A stretch of 54,410 bases of DNA from Verrucomicrobiota bacterium (GCA_027622665.1 JAQBYT010000028.1:1-54410), one strand, 5' to 3'; counted from the stretch's first letter, positions 37,044 to 48,968 are shown. The notes: generated from the letters alone by a model not told the origin. Translations and numbers: made by a program.

Positions 37044-38243
37044 TCATTTGAGGTCGAGGGCCAAAACTCCGGGCAGATCTCGGCCTTCAAGAAATTCGAG
37101 TGAGGCCCCACCGCCAGTGCTCATGAATGAGACTTGATCGGCGTACCCGCTGTTGTTGATGGCAGTAACGGAATCGCCGCCGCCAATAATTGAAATAGCA
37201 TCACTTTCGGCAACGGCCTTGGCTATGGCGAAAGTGCCCTTGGAAGAATCTTCGATTTCGAATACTCCCATGGGTCCGTTCCAAAGGACTGTGCCTGCCC
37301 GAGAGACTTCTTCGGCGTATTGCTCTGTGGTCTGGGGCCCAATGTCGACTCCTTCCCAGCCGTCCGGGATATCACCTTCGACAACTTGTGTTTCGCCAAG
37401 TGTCTTCGCTTTGAAATCGAGCGAGTCGGTAATCAAAGTATCAATGGGAAGCAGAAACTTAACGCCTTTGTCGGCCGCTTTTTCTAGGGCGGCTTTGGCG
37501 ACTTCGATCTTATCGGGTTCACTTAGGCTGTCGCCCACAGTCTTGCCTTTGGCCAAGGCAAACGTATACGCCATGGCTCCACCGATTATCAATACGTCGG
37601 CTTTGTCAAGGAGCGCATCGATTACACTGATTTTGTCGCTTACCTTGGCTCCGCCTAGAATAACAATAAAAGGGCGGTTGGGACAGGCAGTTTTTTCACC
37701 AAGAAACTCAAGCTCCTTTTCGATGAGGTAACCTGACACCTTTGTCGGGAGCAACTTGGCTACCCCGAAAGTCGAGGCGTGCGCTCGGTGAGCAGTTCCA
37801 AAGGCATCGTTGACATAGGAGTCAGCCAATCGGGAGAGCTTGGTGGCGAACTCGGGTTCGTTTTGAGTTTCTCCCGAATGATAACGAAGGTTTTCCAATA
37901 GTGCCACTTGACCGTTCTCTAGAGTGTTTACCGCCGTCTCGACAGACTCCCCTATGCAATCATCCAGAAATAAAACAGGTAATCCCAGTTTTGCTGCGAG
38001 GATTGGAGCAACGGGGGCGAGACTCAATTCAGAAACGCGTTCACCTTTTGGTCTCCCCAGATGACTGGCGAGAATGACTTTAGCCCCGTCCTCGGAGAGT
38101 TTGCGAATAGTTGGCACGGCAGCCGTGATACGGGTGTCGTCGGTGACGTTGCAGTTACTGTCCAAGGGTACGTTGAAGTCCACGCGGACAAAAACTCTTT
38201 TTCCATACCATTCTACATCGTCGATTGTCTTTACTTTCCGCAT
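37044..38243 (-). CDS. pgk: Phosphoglycerate kinase
   Basis: RVDFNVP, SHLGRP, LENLRY, DAFGTAHRAH, GGAKVSDK, WNGPMGVFE, STGGGASLE. Confidence 0.99.
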   Translation of the reverse strand: MRKVKTIDDVEWYGKRVFVRVDFNVPLDSNCNVTDDTRITAAVPTIRKLSEDGAKVILASHLGRPKGERVSELSLAPVAPILAAKLGLPVLFLDDCIGESVETAVNTLENGQVALLENLRYHSGETQNEPEFATKLSRLADSYVNDAFGTAHRAHASTFGVAKLLPTKVSGYLIEKELEFLGEKTACPNRPFIVILGGAKVSDKISVIDALLDKADVLIIGGAMAYTFALAKGKTVGDSLSEPDKIEVAKAALEKAADKGVKFLLPIDTLITDSLDFKAKTLGETQVVEGDIPDGWEGVDIGPQTTEQYAEEVSRAGTVLWNGPMGVFEIEDSSKGTFAIAKAVAESDAISIIGGGDSVTAINNSGYADQVSFMSTGGGASLEFLEGRDLPGVLALDLK

Positions 38244-38270
38244 TGAATCTTTCCTTTAAGTCTAAAGGTG

Positions 38271-38304
38271 AAAAGGCGGGTCGCCTCTTAGACAACCGCG
38301 CCTC
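38271..38304 (-). terminator. Hairpin + U tract between gap and pgk
   Basis: Minus strand AGGCGCGGTTGTC-TAAGA-GGCGACCCGCCT-TTT: 12-bp imperfect stem (one bulge, two G-U) followed by Ts. Confidence 0.55.
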
Positions 38305-38325
38305 TTGACCAATTATCGAATGAAA

Positions 38326-39412
<1,087 letters not shown>

Positions 39413-39467
39413 AAAAGCCGGGAAGCCTCGAATTGGCAAGGCTATTGTTGTCGGGCACTAAGTTGTC

Positions 39468-40388
39468 TTAAGATACGGTATTCGATATTCTCTTGAGTAC
39501 CGCAAGGAAGGCTCGGAATTCCTTAAACGATTCCCGAGTCCTTGTCTTGATATCAGACACATCGTCTTCTTTGAGTCCCATCCGAGCTATGAGCATTTCC
39601 GGCGCTTTCCCGTGGGAGCGATGACCGCTGAAACCAAAATGCATAGCGTGGGCAGTCCAGTTCCCCAGTGATACGACGTCGATCAGACGGTGCAGGTCAA
39701 CGGTGCCAATTCCGATCCGTTTTTCGATTTCATGTTCATGGTGCCAATGAACAACAGACTCGACATCTTGATTCAACCCCCATTTCTTGCATACCAGATG
39801 GCCCAAAACATGATGGAGAGGAGAACCTTTTTTTTCCTCTATTTGATGGAGTGGTATTTCATCATACAATGCATCTCCGACATCTTGGCAAAAGGAATCC
39901 GAATCCAATCGCAGACGGGCAACTTTGCCAATATCGTGAATAAGTCCGCTCGTGTAAGCTCGTTGAGGAACACATAAACCTGTGAGTTCCGCAATAGTTG
40001 ACGATGCTACGGCAGTTCCTAAACTGTGTTGCCACAAGTCGGCAGGTTCGAACTTTAGGTCTTTGCTGGAAAAAGAGAAAGCTTCGAAAACTGCGGTCGT
40101 TAGGATTACCATGTGTATCTTGTCGAAACCAAGGGTGCCTATGGCTTCCTCCACATCCGTAACTCGAGAACGGGCGCCGCGATAATATACATTATTGGCA
40201 ACCCGCAAGATCTTCATCGTCATGCTAGGATCAGAGACCATCATTTCCCTAACTGATTGGGTTGAAGAGTTGCCGTCCTTCAGCATTGCGGACAACTCCT
40301 CCAAGACCGTAGGGATAGTAGGTAGATCTTGGCCGACCTGAATCAGTAAAGTTTGGTAATCAATCCTAGAATGAAGATCGGTATTCAT
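39468..40388 (-). CDS. HDOD domain protein (copy 2)
   Basis: LPTIP, DPSMTMKILRVAN, AI..LG, W.HS, GLIHDIGK, H..LG....WGL, WHH. Confidence 0.9.
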   Translation of the reverse strand: MNTDLHSRIDYQTLLIQVGQDLPTIPTVLEELSAMLKDGNSSTQSVREMMVSDPSMTMKILRVANNVYYRGARSRVTDVEEAIGTLGFDKIHMVILTTAVFEAFSFSSKDLKFEPADLWQHSLGTAVASSTIAELTGLCVPQRAYTSGLIHDIGKVARLRLDSDSFCQDVGDALYDEIPLHQIEEKKGSPLHHVLGHLVCKKWGLNQDVESVVHWHHEHEIEKRIGIGTVDLHRLIDVVSLGNWTAHAMHFGFSGHRSHGKAPEMLIARMGLKEDDVSDIKTRTRESFKEFRAFLAVLKRISNTVS

Positions 40389-40470
40389 GAAAAGTCAAAG
40401 ACTGACTAATAAAGAGAAATAAATACAGGTTTTCAAGCTTATTGCCTAGTCAACAGCTCGCCGTATCGAC

Positions 40471-41382
40471 TTAAGCGGAAGAGGATTCGAGCACTTTTAC
40501 GAAATCTTCAGTCGTATCTAGTTCCCGCTGTATCGACTCCATGAGGGTAGGTAATTGAGAACGGACTAATGTAAGTCTAGTCAACATAGCATCGGATGGT
40601 GCAGGCGTATAGTCTTGCCCGCTAAAACCAAAACCCGTCACATGAACCATCCAGTTGGCTAGCGTAACTATGTCAATTAATTCATGAGTTTCATCGGAAT
40701 GAACGTTCGCCCGATGCTCCGGGTTCGATTCGTGATGCCAGCGGACAACGGCTTCTACATGTCTGGACAATCCCCAACTCTTGCAAATTAGATAGCCAAG
40801 GTAATCGTGTCGAGGAGTCTGATTGGCAAGCTCCACTCTCAGGAAATCCATTTTCTTGTCTAGAGCATATTGGCAATCATTTACAAATTCTTCCTGATCC
40901 AGTTTATAGCGAGCAACCTTGCCGATGTCGTGGACCAGTCCGCAAGTATACGCTCGATCATGGTCTGCTCGACCCCACAACTTGGTTAGGGCACTTGAGG
41001 CTACGGCTACTCCAAGACTGTGTTTCCATAGCTCTTCCAGACTGAATCTCTTTTCCGCCGAAGGACCGGAGAACATTTCAAAGACAGATGAAGTGAGGAT
41101 GACGTTGCGAATCTTTTCAAAGCCAAGAGTGCTAATCGCCTCGTTGGCATCGGCCACTCGCTCTCTTGCCCCACGATAAAAAGCAGTATTTGCAACCCGT
41201 AGGATTTTCATCGTAATGCTTTGATCGGAAGTCATGATTTCCTCTACGGCAAACGTAGAGGAATCGGGATTATCGAGTATCGTAGTCAACTCGTTAACTA
41301 TAGTGGGAAGAGTGGGCAGATCCCTGCTGATTCTATCCAGTAGTTCTTGGTAATTTATCTGTTTGCCGGAAGAAACATCCAT
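40471..41382 (-). CDS. HDOD domain protein (copy 1)
   Basis: LPTLP, DQSITMKILRVAN, WKHS, GLVHDIGK, WGL, WHH. ATG 41382 preferred by alignment to the neighbour. Confidence 0.9.
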   Translation of the reverse strand: MDVSSGKQINYQELLDRISRDLPTLPTIVNELTTILDNPDSSTFAVEEIMTSDQSITMKILRVANTAFYRGARERVADANEAISTLGFEKIRNVILTSSVFEMFSGPSAEKRFSLEELWKHSLGVAVASSALTKLWGRADHDRAYTCGLVHDIGKVARYKLDQEEFVNDCQYALDKKMDFLRVELANQTPRHDYLGYLICKSWGLSRHVEAVVRWHHESNPEHRANVHSDETHELIDIVTLANWMVHVTGFGFSGQDYTPAPSDAMLTRLTLVRSQLPTLMESIQRELDTTEDFVKVLESSSA

Positions 41383-41456
41383 AGTAAAATTATCAATAGA
41401 GACAAAAGTTAATGGCAAGTTAAATGCACGAAAGCTTTTGAGCGAATCTTTGCAAG

Positions 41457-43082
41457 CTAATCCTTTGTCGTGCTTACGGAATGGTTTTTTGTTCCCTTAA
41501 TAAAACAGCCTATGGCGATGAACGGTAAGCAAAGGTAGACAAACCAGTTTTCGTGTTTCGAAAAAAAAGTTTTCTTGTTAATCTGAGAAGAGTTACGACT
41601 GACCGAAAAGGTTGCTGCTCCTTCGAAGTAGACACTTCCATTTTCGTCTCTCATGACTGAACGGCGAACTCCTTGCTCGTCGATCCAACCACTCCATCCG
41701 GCATTCCCGCAACGCAATACGGGACGGCGATTTTCAATGGCCCGCAATACCGAATGCGCAGCGTGTTGTTCAGCGCAACCCTCTTCTCCAAACCATGCGT
41801 TGTTTGTAGAGACGAAAAGAAAGTCCGCGCCTTGATTCGTCGTTTCTCTTGCAAGATCAGGAAAAATGTCCTCGTAGCAAACAAGCGGACCTACCCCCAA
41901 TGTGTTGCCAGTGGAATTGACATCTAACAATATCGTTCGAGCTTCACTTCCTGGCTCGAACCTTCCGGTTGGGCCCACGAGCTTGCCCAGATGGGGAATC
42001 CAGCCGAAACCTTTTGGGATGTATTCACCAAAGGGCACGAGTGCTCGTTTTGCATAATATTTAGGGATCAATCCATGTTGTGGCGTAATGGAACAAACTG
42101 AATTGTATGAGAGCGGAGGGTCGGCAGACTTAGTTATTGCACCTACTATCATTGGGAGTTGAGTTCGCCTTGAAATATCTTCAATCCAGGTCGGGTCCTC
42201 GTTTATTGCGTATGGCGTCGAAGCCTCGGGCCATAGGATGACGTCTGGTCTTGTTGTCGCTAAAATTCGCGAGTGTCGTCGAAGAGTATCTTTGTGACGC
42301 GCTGCTTTTCCCGCCTCCCATTTATCGAGAAGGTATGGTTGAACAAAACCAGCTCGAAGCATCGGCACTTCGTCATGATGGCTTGGAGGTGAGAAAAGAA
42401 TGGGAGATAACATCACCACAATGAAGGCCAATCCGACATAGAAATCGGGGCACATATTGCCCGCTATGCCTGTTCTGATGGTCTTCCGCCGACGAACTAG
42501 AAGATGGTGCAGGTATGAGGCTGTGCAAAGGTTGAAGAATACGAGAAAGAAAGAGATCGCCCATCCGCCAGTCCATTCGGATATCTGCAACACGGCGGGT
42601 CGCTGCCATTGGCTTACTGAAAGTGGGCACCAGGGAAAGCCCAAGGCAAATTGACTGCGCGCCCATTCAATCGCAGTCCATGCGGAGGCTAGCGAAAGCA
42701 TTACCAACATACGCGTGCCAAATCTACCCTCGAGACCATGAGGGATTAACCACCGTGCAAACAAAAACCAAATCGCGAGGTACCCCGAAAGGAGAAGCGA
42801 ACCCAAGGACAATCCGGAGAACGTGACGTGTCGCAACCACCAGAGGAGCGTGAGATAGTAAAGCCAACCAAAAAAGAGAAAGGCAAGTAAGACACTTTTA
42901 TAACTGGGTCGATACGACAGCCACCAAAGGGCGGGAATAAGAAAAAAATAGGCGGTCTCGGGAGTTTGCCTTGGCGGGAAAGCGCATAGCAGCAAACCAA
43001 AGGTCAGAGCACACGCAGTGAAAGGCGCCCATAGAATGCGGATCGATCGTTCGCCCGGTAGAAAAGGTATTTGCCGTTTCAT
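41457..43082 (-). CDS. lnt: Apolipoprotein N-acyltransferase
   Basis: Multi-TM N-half, GFPW, nitrilase triad WPEAS / YAKRALVPFGEY / VCYED, TNNAWFG, RAIENRR. Start uncertain (43082 preferred). Confidence 0.93.
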   Translation of the reverse strand: MKRQIPFLPGERSIRILWAPFTACALTFGLLLCAFPPRQTPETAYFFLIPALWWLSYRPSYKSVLLAFLFFGWLYYLTLLWWLRHVTFSGLSLGSLLLSGYLAIWFLFARWLIPHGLEGRFGTRMLVMLSLASAWTAIEWARSQFALGFPWCPLSVSQWQRPAVLQISEWTGGWAISFFLVFFNLCTASYLHHLLVRRRKTIRTGIAGNMCPDFYVGLAFIVVMLSPILFSPPSHHDEVPMLRAGFVQPYLLDKWEAGKAARHKDTLRRHSRILATTRPDVILWPEASTPYAINEDPTWIEDISRRTQLPMIVGAITKSADPPLSYNSVCSITPQHGLIPKYYAKRALVPFGEYIPKGFGWIPHLGKLVGPTGRFEPGSEARTILLDVNSTGNTLGVGPLVCYEDIFPDLARETTNQGADFLFVSTNNAWFGEEGCAEQHAAHSVLRAIENRRPVLRCGNAGWSGWIDEQGVRRSVMRDENGSVYFEGAATFSVSRNSSQINKKTFFSKHENWFVYLCLPFIAIGCFIKGTKNHSVSTTKD

Positions 43083-43174
43083 GATCTTGGGATACTCGAC
43101 AAAACCTATCCCGACCAAGCCAAGGCGATCTTGATGGGTCCGCAAACTTCATTTGGCAACTCGATGAACATGAC

Positions 43175-44293
43175 TCAGGAAGAAGTGAAATCGAATTCGG
43201 AACTACAGGAACTACTCGCCGATGAAAATGTTGACGATGGTACACTATTTACTACTGGCGGAACTTGGTCATGAAATGGGGTTTCTCCTCTGCCCCCTTC
43301 ACGCATGAATTCAGAGCATATTGAGAACAATTCATCTTTAGTTCGACTTCTACGCATTTGGTGCAGGAATTCGCCACGCACATCGACTCCCAATCCCACG
43401 AAATTCAGGAATTTTTTCATCCGAGCCACTTGCTTTGCCTCTGGGACTTGTGAGTCTGAAAACTCTTCGTAAAGTTCCTCCACGTAAATGTAAACATCTT
43501 CGAGTTTAGGCCGAAACACTTTTTCATTGGCTTGCATTTGTCTGATTTGCCTGAAAATCCAAGGATTTCTTATCGCCGCCCGGCCAATCATTGCGCCGTA
43601 CGCACCCGATCTCATGACCTCTTGATGGGCTACTGTGGCTGAAGAGATATTTCCGTTCAGCAAAACGGGACAAGGCAACCTGTCGACCGCACGTCTTGCA
43701 TGCTCATAACTGGGTTCGCTGCGATAACCTCCTTGAACTGTACGCACATGCAGACTGAGGAGATCTACCTTATGCTTTGCCAGCAATCTAAGAAGCGTAT
43801 CGAAGTGGCGATCATCTTCAAACCCGATTCTCATTTTAACAGTAAACAAGGTAGGACTTTCCTCTCTGAGGGTTCCCAAGATACCATCGACCGCTTCAGG
43901 ATCGCGTAAAAGCCCCCCACCTACGTTTTTTTTATAAACCCGCGGGGCGGGACAGCCCATATTGAGGTCGATGCCGGCTACCGGATATTCCCGGAGGTTT
44001 CTAACTGTACGCCGTAGATCGGTAAGGTTTTCTCCGATTAGTTGAGCAAAAACTGGCCGCCCGTCCGGATTCTCTGTGATGGATCGAAGAATTCGAGGAT
44101 CCAGACGCGAACTGCCGTGAACGCGGAAGTACTCGGTGAAATAATAATCAGGCGAACCACGCCTGGCAACAACTCGCATGTAAGGCAAGTTTGTCACGTC
44201 TTGCATGGGTGCTAATGCGGTTGGCCATTGCCCGGGCACAACAGTCTCAGGCAGCGACACTGCACTATTAATCGAGTTAGTCGTCTCTTGCAT
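43175..44293 (-). CDS. tRNA-dihydrouridine synthase family protein
   Basis: LAPM, IDLNMGCP, GGGLL, TVKMRIG, H.RT, NG.I, MIGR..IRNPWIF. Start uncertain (44293 or 44320). Confidence 0.92.
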   Translation of the reverse strand: MQETTNSINSAVSLPETVVPGQWPTALAPMQDVTNLPYMRVVARRGSPDYYFTEYFRVHGSSRLDPRILRSITENPDGRPVFAQLIGENLTDLRRTVRNLREYPVAGIDLNMGCPAPRVYKKNVGGGLLRDPEAVDGILGTLREESPTLFTVKMRIGFEDDRHFDTLLRLLAKHKVDLLSLHVRTVQGGYRSEPSYEHARRAVDRLPCPVLLNGNISSATVAHQEVMRSGAYGAMIGRAAIRNPWIFRQIRQMQANEKVFRPKLEDVYIYVEELYEEFSDSQVPEAKQVARMKKFLNFVGLGVDVRGEFLHQMRRSRTKDELFSICSEFMREGGRGETPFHDQVPPVVNSVPSSTFSSASSSCSSEFDFTSS

Positions 44294-44329
44294 TGTCACC
44301 TTTTGGCTCACTGATGCCAAAGGTGTGTG

Positions 44330-44773
44330 TCAATCTTGTTTTTTTAGGATGCGATCGAGAATTTCCGCCATATCCTCGACATTGTCGAGTACTCGTCGAG
44401 TCACATGGATGGGCTTGCCCATTTGGAGAGACAATACAATGGAGTCACTCGGGCGGGCATCGAGTTCTATGATTTTCTTTCCGAGTTCGTTTTCCATTTT
44501 CAAGATAATGCGGGCATAGAATGTCCCCTCGTCCACATCGTTAATTACCACTCGCTCTATAGATGTCTCTAATCCCTTAAGTATAAGGCCAATAAGATCG
44601 TGGGTTAGAGGCCTTTCCTTCTTGACCTGATTCAATGTCATTTTTATCGCATTTCCAATTGCGGGGTCTACGTAGATTACGAAGGTTTTTTCCTCGCACC
44701 CCAAGAAAACGGCACAACCATTGGATGTGGGCATTACGCCCTTTACATTGACTTCCGTTAAATCGTCCTGCAT
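44330..44773 (-). CDS. Bifunctional nuclease family protein (DUF151)
   Basis: RPLTHDL, GTFYARI, LDARPSDSI. Confidence 0.92.
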   Translation of the reverse strand: MQDDLTEVNVKGVMPTSNGCAVFLGCEEKTFVIYVDPAIGNAIKMTLNQVKKERPLTHDLIGLILKGLETSIERVVINDVDEGTFYARIILKMENELGKKIIELDARPSDSIVLSLQMGKPIHVTRRVLDNVEDMAEILDRILKKQD

Positions 44774-44833
44774 GGCTCAAAACATCTCGCAAAATGGTTC
44801 GAATCGCAAGATCTATTGCTTTTCCAAAACTAA

Positions 44834-45373
44834 ATGACTTCTCTCGAAAACATCTGTCCCGATAAACCCAACCTGTACTTGGTTGGTTTCATGGGTACGG
44901 GGAAAAGTGCCGTGGGGCGACGCGTGGCCGAGAAACTGGGGTTTCACTTCATAGACGTCGACCAGGCGATCGAGGATGAGGAGGGCCTCGCGATCACTCA
45001 ACTCTTTGCTCAAAGAGGGGAAGATGCTTTTCGCGAATTGGAAAGGAATTTCATCGAAAGCGGCCATCCTCATTCGAATTGCGTAGTCTCATGCGGGGGA
45101 GGACTTTCAGTGCCGGAGGGAATGCCCGAATTACTCAAGAAAAAAGGCGTAGCAGTTAGCCTTTGGGCCACTCCGGAGGTTATCTACGAAAGGACCAAGG
45201 GGAATTCGACGAGACCTCTTTTGAATGTAGCCGATCCGCTGTCGAACATTCGGAAACTCTTAGAACTACGAGAACCGCGTTATCGAGCAACGGGGAATCT
45301 CGTTTCAACTGTGGGTCGAGGTATTGCTGCAGTTACCGAAGCGGTGCTTCGCGTTTATCGGTCGCAAAGTTGA
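44834..45373 (+). CDS. aroK: Shikimate kinase
   Basis: GFMGTGKS, D.D, GE..FR..E, CGGG, RPLL, R.P.Y. Confidence 0.95.
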   Translation: MTSLENICPDKPNLYLVGFMGTGKSAVGRRVAEKLGFHFIDVDQAIEDEEGLAITQLFAQRGEDAFRELERNFIESGHPHSNCVVSCGGGLSVPEGMPELLKKKGVAVSLWATPEVIYERTKGNSTRPLLNVADPLSNIRKLLELREPRYRATGNLVSTVGRGIAAVTEAVLRVYRSQS

Positions 45374-45400
45374 GTATCCTTATCGGTTCTATTTAATGTA

Positions 45401-45802
45401 TCAACGAGACTGCAGGCGGAAATCCTGCAACTCGTTCGAGCGGCAAATGTCTATCAGACGGGTAACTTTTTTAAGCGGTACGTCTTCGTCTGCAACGATT
45501 AGCACTTTTGGCTTTTGAGGTAATTGGGATGCTCCTCGAAGTGCGACTCTCAACTTTTGTTCGGATAGTTCCGAGTCATTAAGATAGTAATGGCCCGCTC
45601 GATCAACCGACAAAACTATTTCGTTTTGCAACAAGTTCGAGCCAGCAGTCTCGATTTGCGGGAGGCGAACATTGATTGCCCGAAGGTTTCTGAACTGCAT
45701 GGTGACGAGGAAGAAGACAATGAGGACCATGAGAACGTCGACGAGCGGAACAATGTCGATCCGGGGAGACTTTCGACCTCGAGAAGTGTGGACTCTCCTC
45801 AT
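45401..45802 (-). CDS. exbD: ExbD/TolR biopolymer transport protein
   Basis: IDIVPLVDVLMVLIVFFLVT with the conserved Asp, V.LP, I.AD; ATG 45802 overlaps the exbB stop. Confidence 0.92.
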   Translation of the reverse strand: MRRVHTSRGRKSPRIDIVPLVDVLMVLIVFFLVTMQFRNLRAINVRLPQIETAGSNLLQNEIVLSVDRAGHYYLNDSELSEQKLRVALRGASQLPQKPKVLIVADEDVPLKKVTRLIDICRSNELQDFRLQSR

Positions 45803-46815
45803 GTGTTCTTGCTTGGATTCCTCGATTCGGAAAGGCGTTCGGCCAACCATTCCAATTGGGTTGCTCGGTTGTCAATAATTCGCGAAAGAAACGAATGCCC
45901 GACCAGTGAAGGGATTGCGATGGCCAGACCGATGATTGTTGTAAGCAACGCCATTGCGATACCCTCGGAAAAAGCACTGGCGTCCGGCGTTCCTGAATCC
46001 GCAGGCATGCCGGAAAAAACGCGCACCAAACCCGTTACGGTTCCCAGTAAGCCGATTAAAGGAGCAATGCCGACAATTATTTCGAGAAGAAATATACCTT
46101 TTTCCATAGCGCTTATCTCTAGGCGAGCATACGCTCGAAGGATATCAGGTGAAGGTTGGTCCCTCGCCGCAACACCCGCTAACCGCCCGGCGGCGGAACC
46201 ATCGCTCATGTCTCCATAAGTGATTCGACCAGAGTGCGGGGAATCCTCAATGTGCTTCGGAATAGTGCGGTTGCGACGTAAGGCAAAACATCGCTCCACA
46301 AAAATGAAAACGGCTATCGTTAGGCATATCCCCAAAGGGTAGAGAAACCACCCTGCTTGTCGTATGTCAACAGGCGGTCGAATGTCTCGAAAGACTTCCA
46401 GATGGTCGGGGTCAGGTCTCTGGTCGCAGCTCAGAACCAGATTCAAGTTTTCAAAACTATATTGAGTGGAATTGTTTTCTGATTTTGAGCCAGCTCTTTT
46501 CTCTCTCAATCGACGAATGGATTCAGGAGAAGAGAGGTCATATTCACCGAGGTCGTATTCAAAACCCTCGACTCGCAGCAGTAATTCACTCTTTCCCCCG
46601 ATTTCGTGAGTTGGAACAACGGGTTTAATTATCTCAGGGGTAAAGCCATTTTCGCGGAGAGCGTCCACGAAATCGGAGGTTTGGAGAGAGGGATGTGGGG
46701 CATCAGTACAACCAAGAAGCAAGGTCAGTCCCAAGATGCTCGCCCAACGGCAGAACGAAAACAACCAAATGGGAGTGCCGGTCGGGGGCATTTTTCCAAG
46801 CGTTGGCGGGATCAC
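45799..46815 (-). CDS. exbB: MotA/TolQ/ExbB proton channel protein with N-terminal extension
   Basis: GWFLYPL...ER, APLIGLLGTVTG, GIAMALLTT..GL.IAIP; about 150 extra N-terminal residues. Start 46815 or 46791. Confidence 0.85.
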   Translation of the reverse strand: MIPPTLGKMPPTGTPIWLFSFCRWASILGLTLLLGCTDAPHPSLQTSDFVDALRENGFTPEIIKPVVPTHEIGGKSELLLRVEGFEYDLGEYDLSSPESIRRLREKRAGSKSENNSTQYSFENLNLVLSCDQRPDPDHLEVFRDIRPPVDIRQAGWFLYPLGICLTIAVFIFVERCFALRRNRTIPKHIEDSPHSGRITYGDMSDGSAAGRLAGVAARDQPSPDILRAYARLEISAMEKGIFLLEIIVGIAPLIGLLGTVTGLVRVFSGMPADSGTPDASAFSEGIAMALLTTIIGLAIAIPSLVGHSFLSRIIDNRATQLEWLAERLSESRNPSKNT

Positions 46816-46838
46816 TGAATGCCGAAGGGGAAACTCGA

Positions 46839-47435
46839 CTAGGCGTAAGGCAAGCTACTTGCCGTCTTTTCGATTCCATTGGTGGCGGTCAACAACTCCT
46901 CCAGAGGGTCCCAACTTCCATTTAGCAAACTGTCGCGAGCACCAGGAGTGATTTCGCATGGCATCAATTCACTTCCGTATCGGACTTGTAGGTTTTCGAC
47001 GTCCACAACGACTTCCAAGTTTGGATCGGTTTCTAGTGCGGAGGATAGTTTCTCCAAGTTTTCTCTTGAAGTGGATGCGCATGGCATCCCAAGACTAGTG
47101 GCGTTGCCAAAGAAAATATCCGCGAAATTCCCTGCCACAATTGCCCTGAAGCCAGCACGATAAAGAGACTGAGGAGCGTGTTCGCGCGAACTACCGCAGC
47201 CGAAATTTGCTCCGGAAACCATAATCGATGCATCCCGGAAACATGGCAAGTTGAGGTTGTGGGACTTTTCGGAACCGTCTTCATCGAATCTGGTGTCGTA
47301 AAACAGGTATTCGCCTAGACCGTCAAAGGTAAGGCATTTCATGAATCGGGCCGGAATTATGCGATCGGTATCGATGTCATCGCCAAGAACTGGTATCGCT
47401 CGACCAACCACTTGCGCTATTTTTGGTAAACTCAT
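46839..47435 (-). CDS. leuD: 3-isopropylmalate dehydratase small subunit
   Basis: DIDTDRIIPARF, NFGCGSSREHAP, FADIFFGN. Confidence 0.97.
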   Translation of the reverse strand: MSLPKIAQVVGRAIPVLGDDIDTDRIIPARFMKCLTFDGLGEYLFYDTRFDEDGSEKSHNLNLPCFRDASIMVSGANFGCGSSREHAPQSLYRAGFRAIVAGNFADIFFGNATSLGMPCASTSRENLEKLSSALETDPNLEVVVDVENLQVRYGSELMPCEITPGARDSLLNGSWDPLEELLTATNGIEKTASSLPYA

Positions 47436-47453
47436 AAGTTTTGGGGTTGGCCT

Positions 47454-48860
47454 TTATCCAAATACGGTTCGGGCATCGCACACTTCCCCAGTGATGGCCG
47501 CAGCGGCAACCATGACCGGACTCATGAGCATGGTCCTCCCGGTTGGACTACCTTGTCGACCCTTGAAATTACGGTTGCTCGAACTGGCGCAAAGCTGATC
47601 GCCGACAAGTTTATCGGGGTTCATCGCCAAGCACATAGAGCAACCTGCGGCACGCCATTCGAAGCCGGCATCGATGAACACCTTGTCCAGTCCTTTTTCC
47701 ATAGCCAGCTTACTGACAAGTTGAGAACCGGGAACGACTATGGCCTTCAAGCCCTCTTTAACCTTGTGCCCGGGCAAACGCGATGCCACTTCCTCAAGAT
47801 CGGAAAGGCGACCGTTGGTGCATGAGCCAATAAAGGCAACGTCCACCTTTGTTCCTTGAATGGGTGCTCCGGCCGTAAGCTTCATGTGCTCAAGTGCTTC
47901 AATGACTCCCGCTTTTTCATGTTTGGCTACTTGGTCAGGATGTGGAATGTTTTCGCCGATGGAAACTGCTTGTCCGGGATTAATTCCCCAGGTGACGGTG
48001 GGAGCAATTTCGGATCCTTCAATGGTCACAACGTCGTCGTATGAGCAACCTTCATCGGATGAATAGCTCGACCAAACAGAAACTTGTTCATCCCATTTGT
48101 CGTCACTTGGAGAATATGGGCGTCCCTTGAGATATGCAAAAGTTTTGAGATCCGGGTTTACGTACCCTACCCTGGCACCACCTTCTATGGACATGTTGCA
48201 CGCTGTCATCCGTTCCTCGATCGAGAATTCGTTGAACACAGAACCTCCATATTCATACGCGAAACCAGTGCCACCGTTAACGCCGAGTAAGCGTATGATG
48301 TGCAGAATGACGTCCTTGGCGTAAATGCCTGTTCCCAAGTCCCCGTTTACGTTTATGCGTCTAACCTTGAGTGTGTTCATCGCCATCGTCTGGGTAGCCA
48401 GTAGATCCCTGACTTGGCTAGTGCCTACGCCGAAAGCAACGGCGCCAAAGGCTCCATGGGTGGAAGTGTGCGAGTCACCACAGGCAATTGTCATGCCGGG
48501 TTGGGTCAGCCCTTGTTCCGGTCCAACGACATGAACGATACCTTGCTTGCCCGAGTCGATGTCGAAAAAAGTTATGCCGGATTCAGTGCAGTTTTTGCGA
48601 AGTTCCTTGATCATCGCATCGGCAAGAATGTCTGAATACGGTTCACTCACTTCATCAGTAGGTACGATGTGATCCACGGTGGCAAAGGTGCGTTCGGGAT
48701 ACCTTATAGGTAATCCCTTCTCTCTGAGCATGCCAAATGCCTGTGGGCTTGTCACTTCATGTATGAGATGGCGACCAATGAACAACTGGGTCTGCCCGTT
48801 GGCGAGTTCACCAACGGTATGGTCATCCCAAACTTTCTCGAAAAGGTTTTTAGAATTCAT
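47454..48860 (-). CDS. leuC: 3-isopropylmalate dehydratase large subunit
   Basis: [52 protein letters not shown]. Confidence 0.98.
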   Translation of the reverse strand: MNSKNLFEKVWDDHTVGELANGQTQLFIGRHLIHEVTSPQAFGMLREKGLPIRYPERTFATVDHIVPTDEVSEPYSDILADAMIKELRKNCTESGITFFDIDSGKQGIVHVVGPEQGLTQPGMTIACGDSHTSTHGAFGAVAFGVGTSQVRDLLATQTMAMNTLKVRRINVNGDLGTGIYAKDVILHIIRLLGVNGGTGFAYEYGGSVFNEFSIEERMTACNMSIEGGARVGYVNPDLKTFAYLKGRPYSPSDDKWDEQVSVWSSYSSDEGCSYDDVVTIEGSEIAPTVTWGINPGQAVSIGENIPHPDQVAKHEKAGVIEALEHMKLTAGAPIQGTKVDVAFIGSCTNGRLSDLEEVASRLPGHKVKEGLKAIVVPGSQLVSKLAMEKGLDKVFIDAGFEWRAAGCSMCLAMNPDKLVGDQLCASSSNRNFKGRQGSPTGRTMLMSPVMVAAAAITGEVCDARTVFG

Positions 48861-48968
48861 TTTTAAGGACGATTCCCATTATCGATAAAATAAATTCGAG
48901 CAAGTGAATACGCTTGAAATTCATCTCGTCGTCAATTTAGCAAAAGGACATTAAGGCATGTCGAGAGT

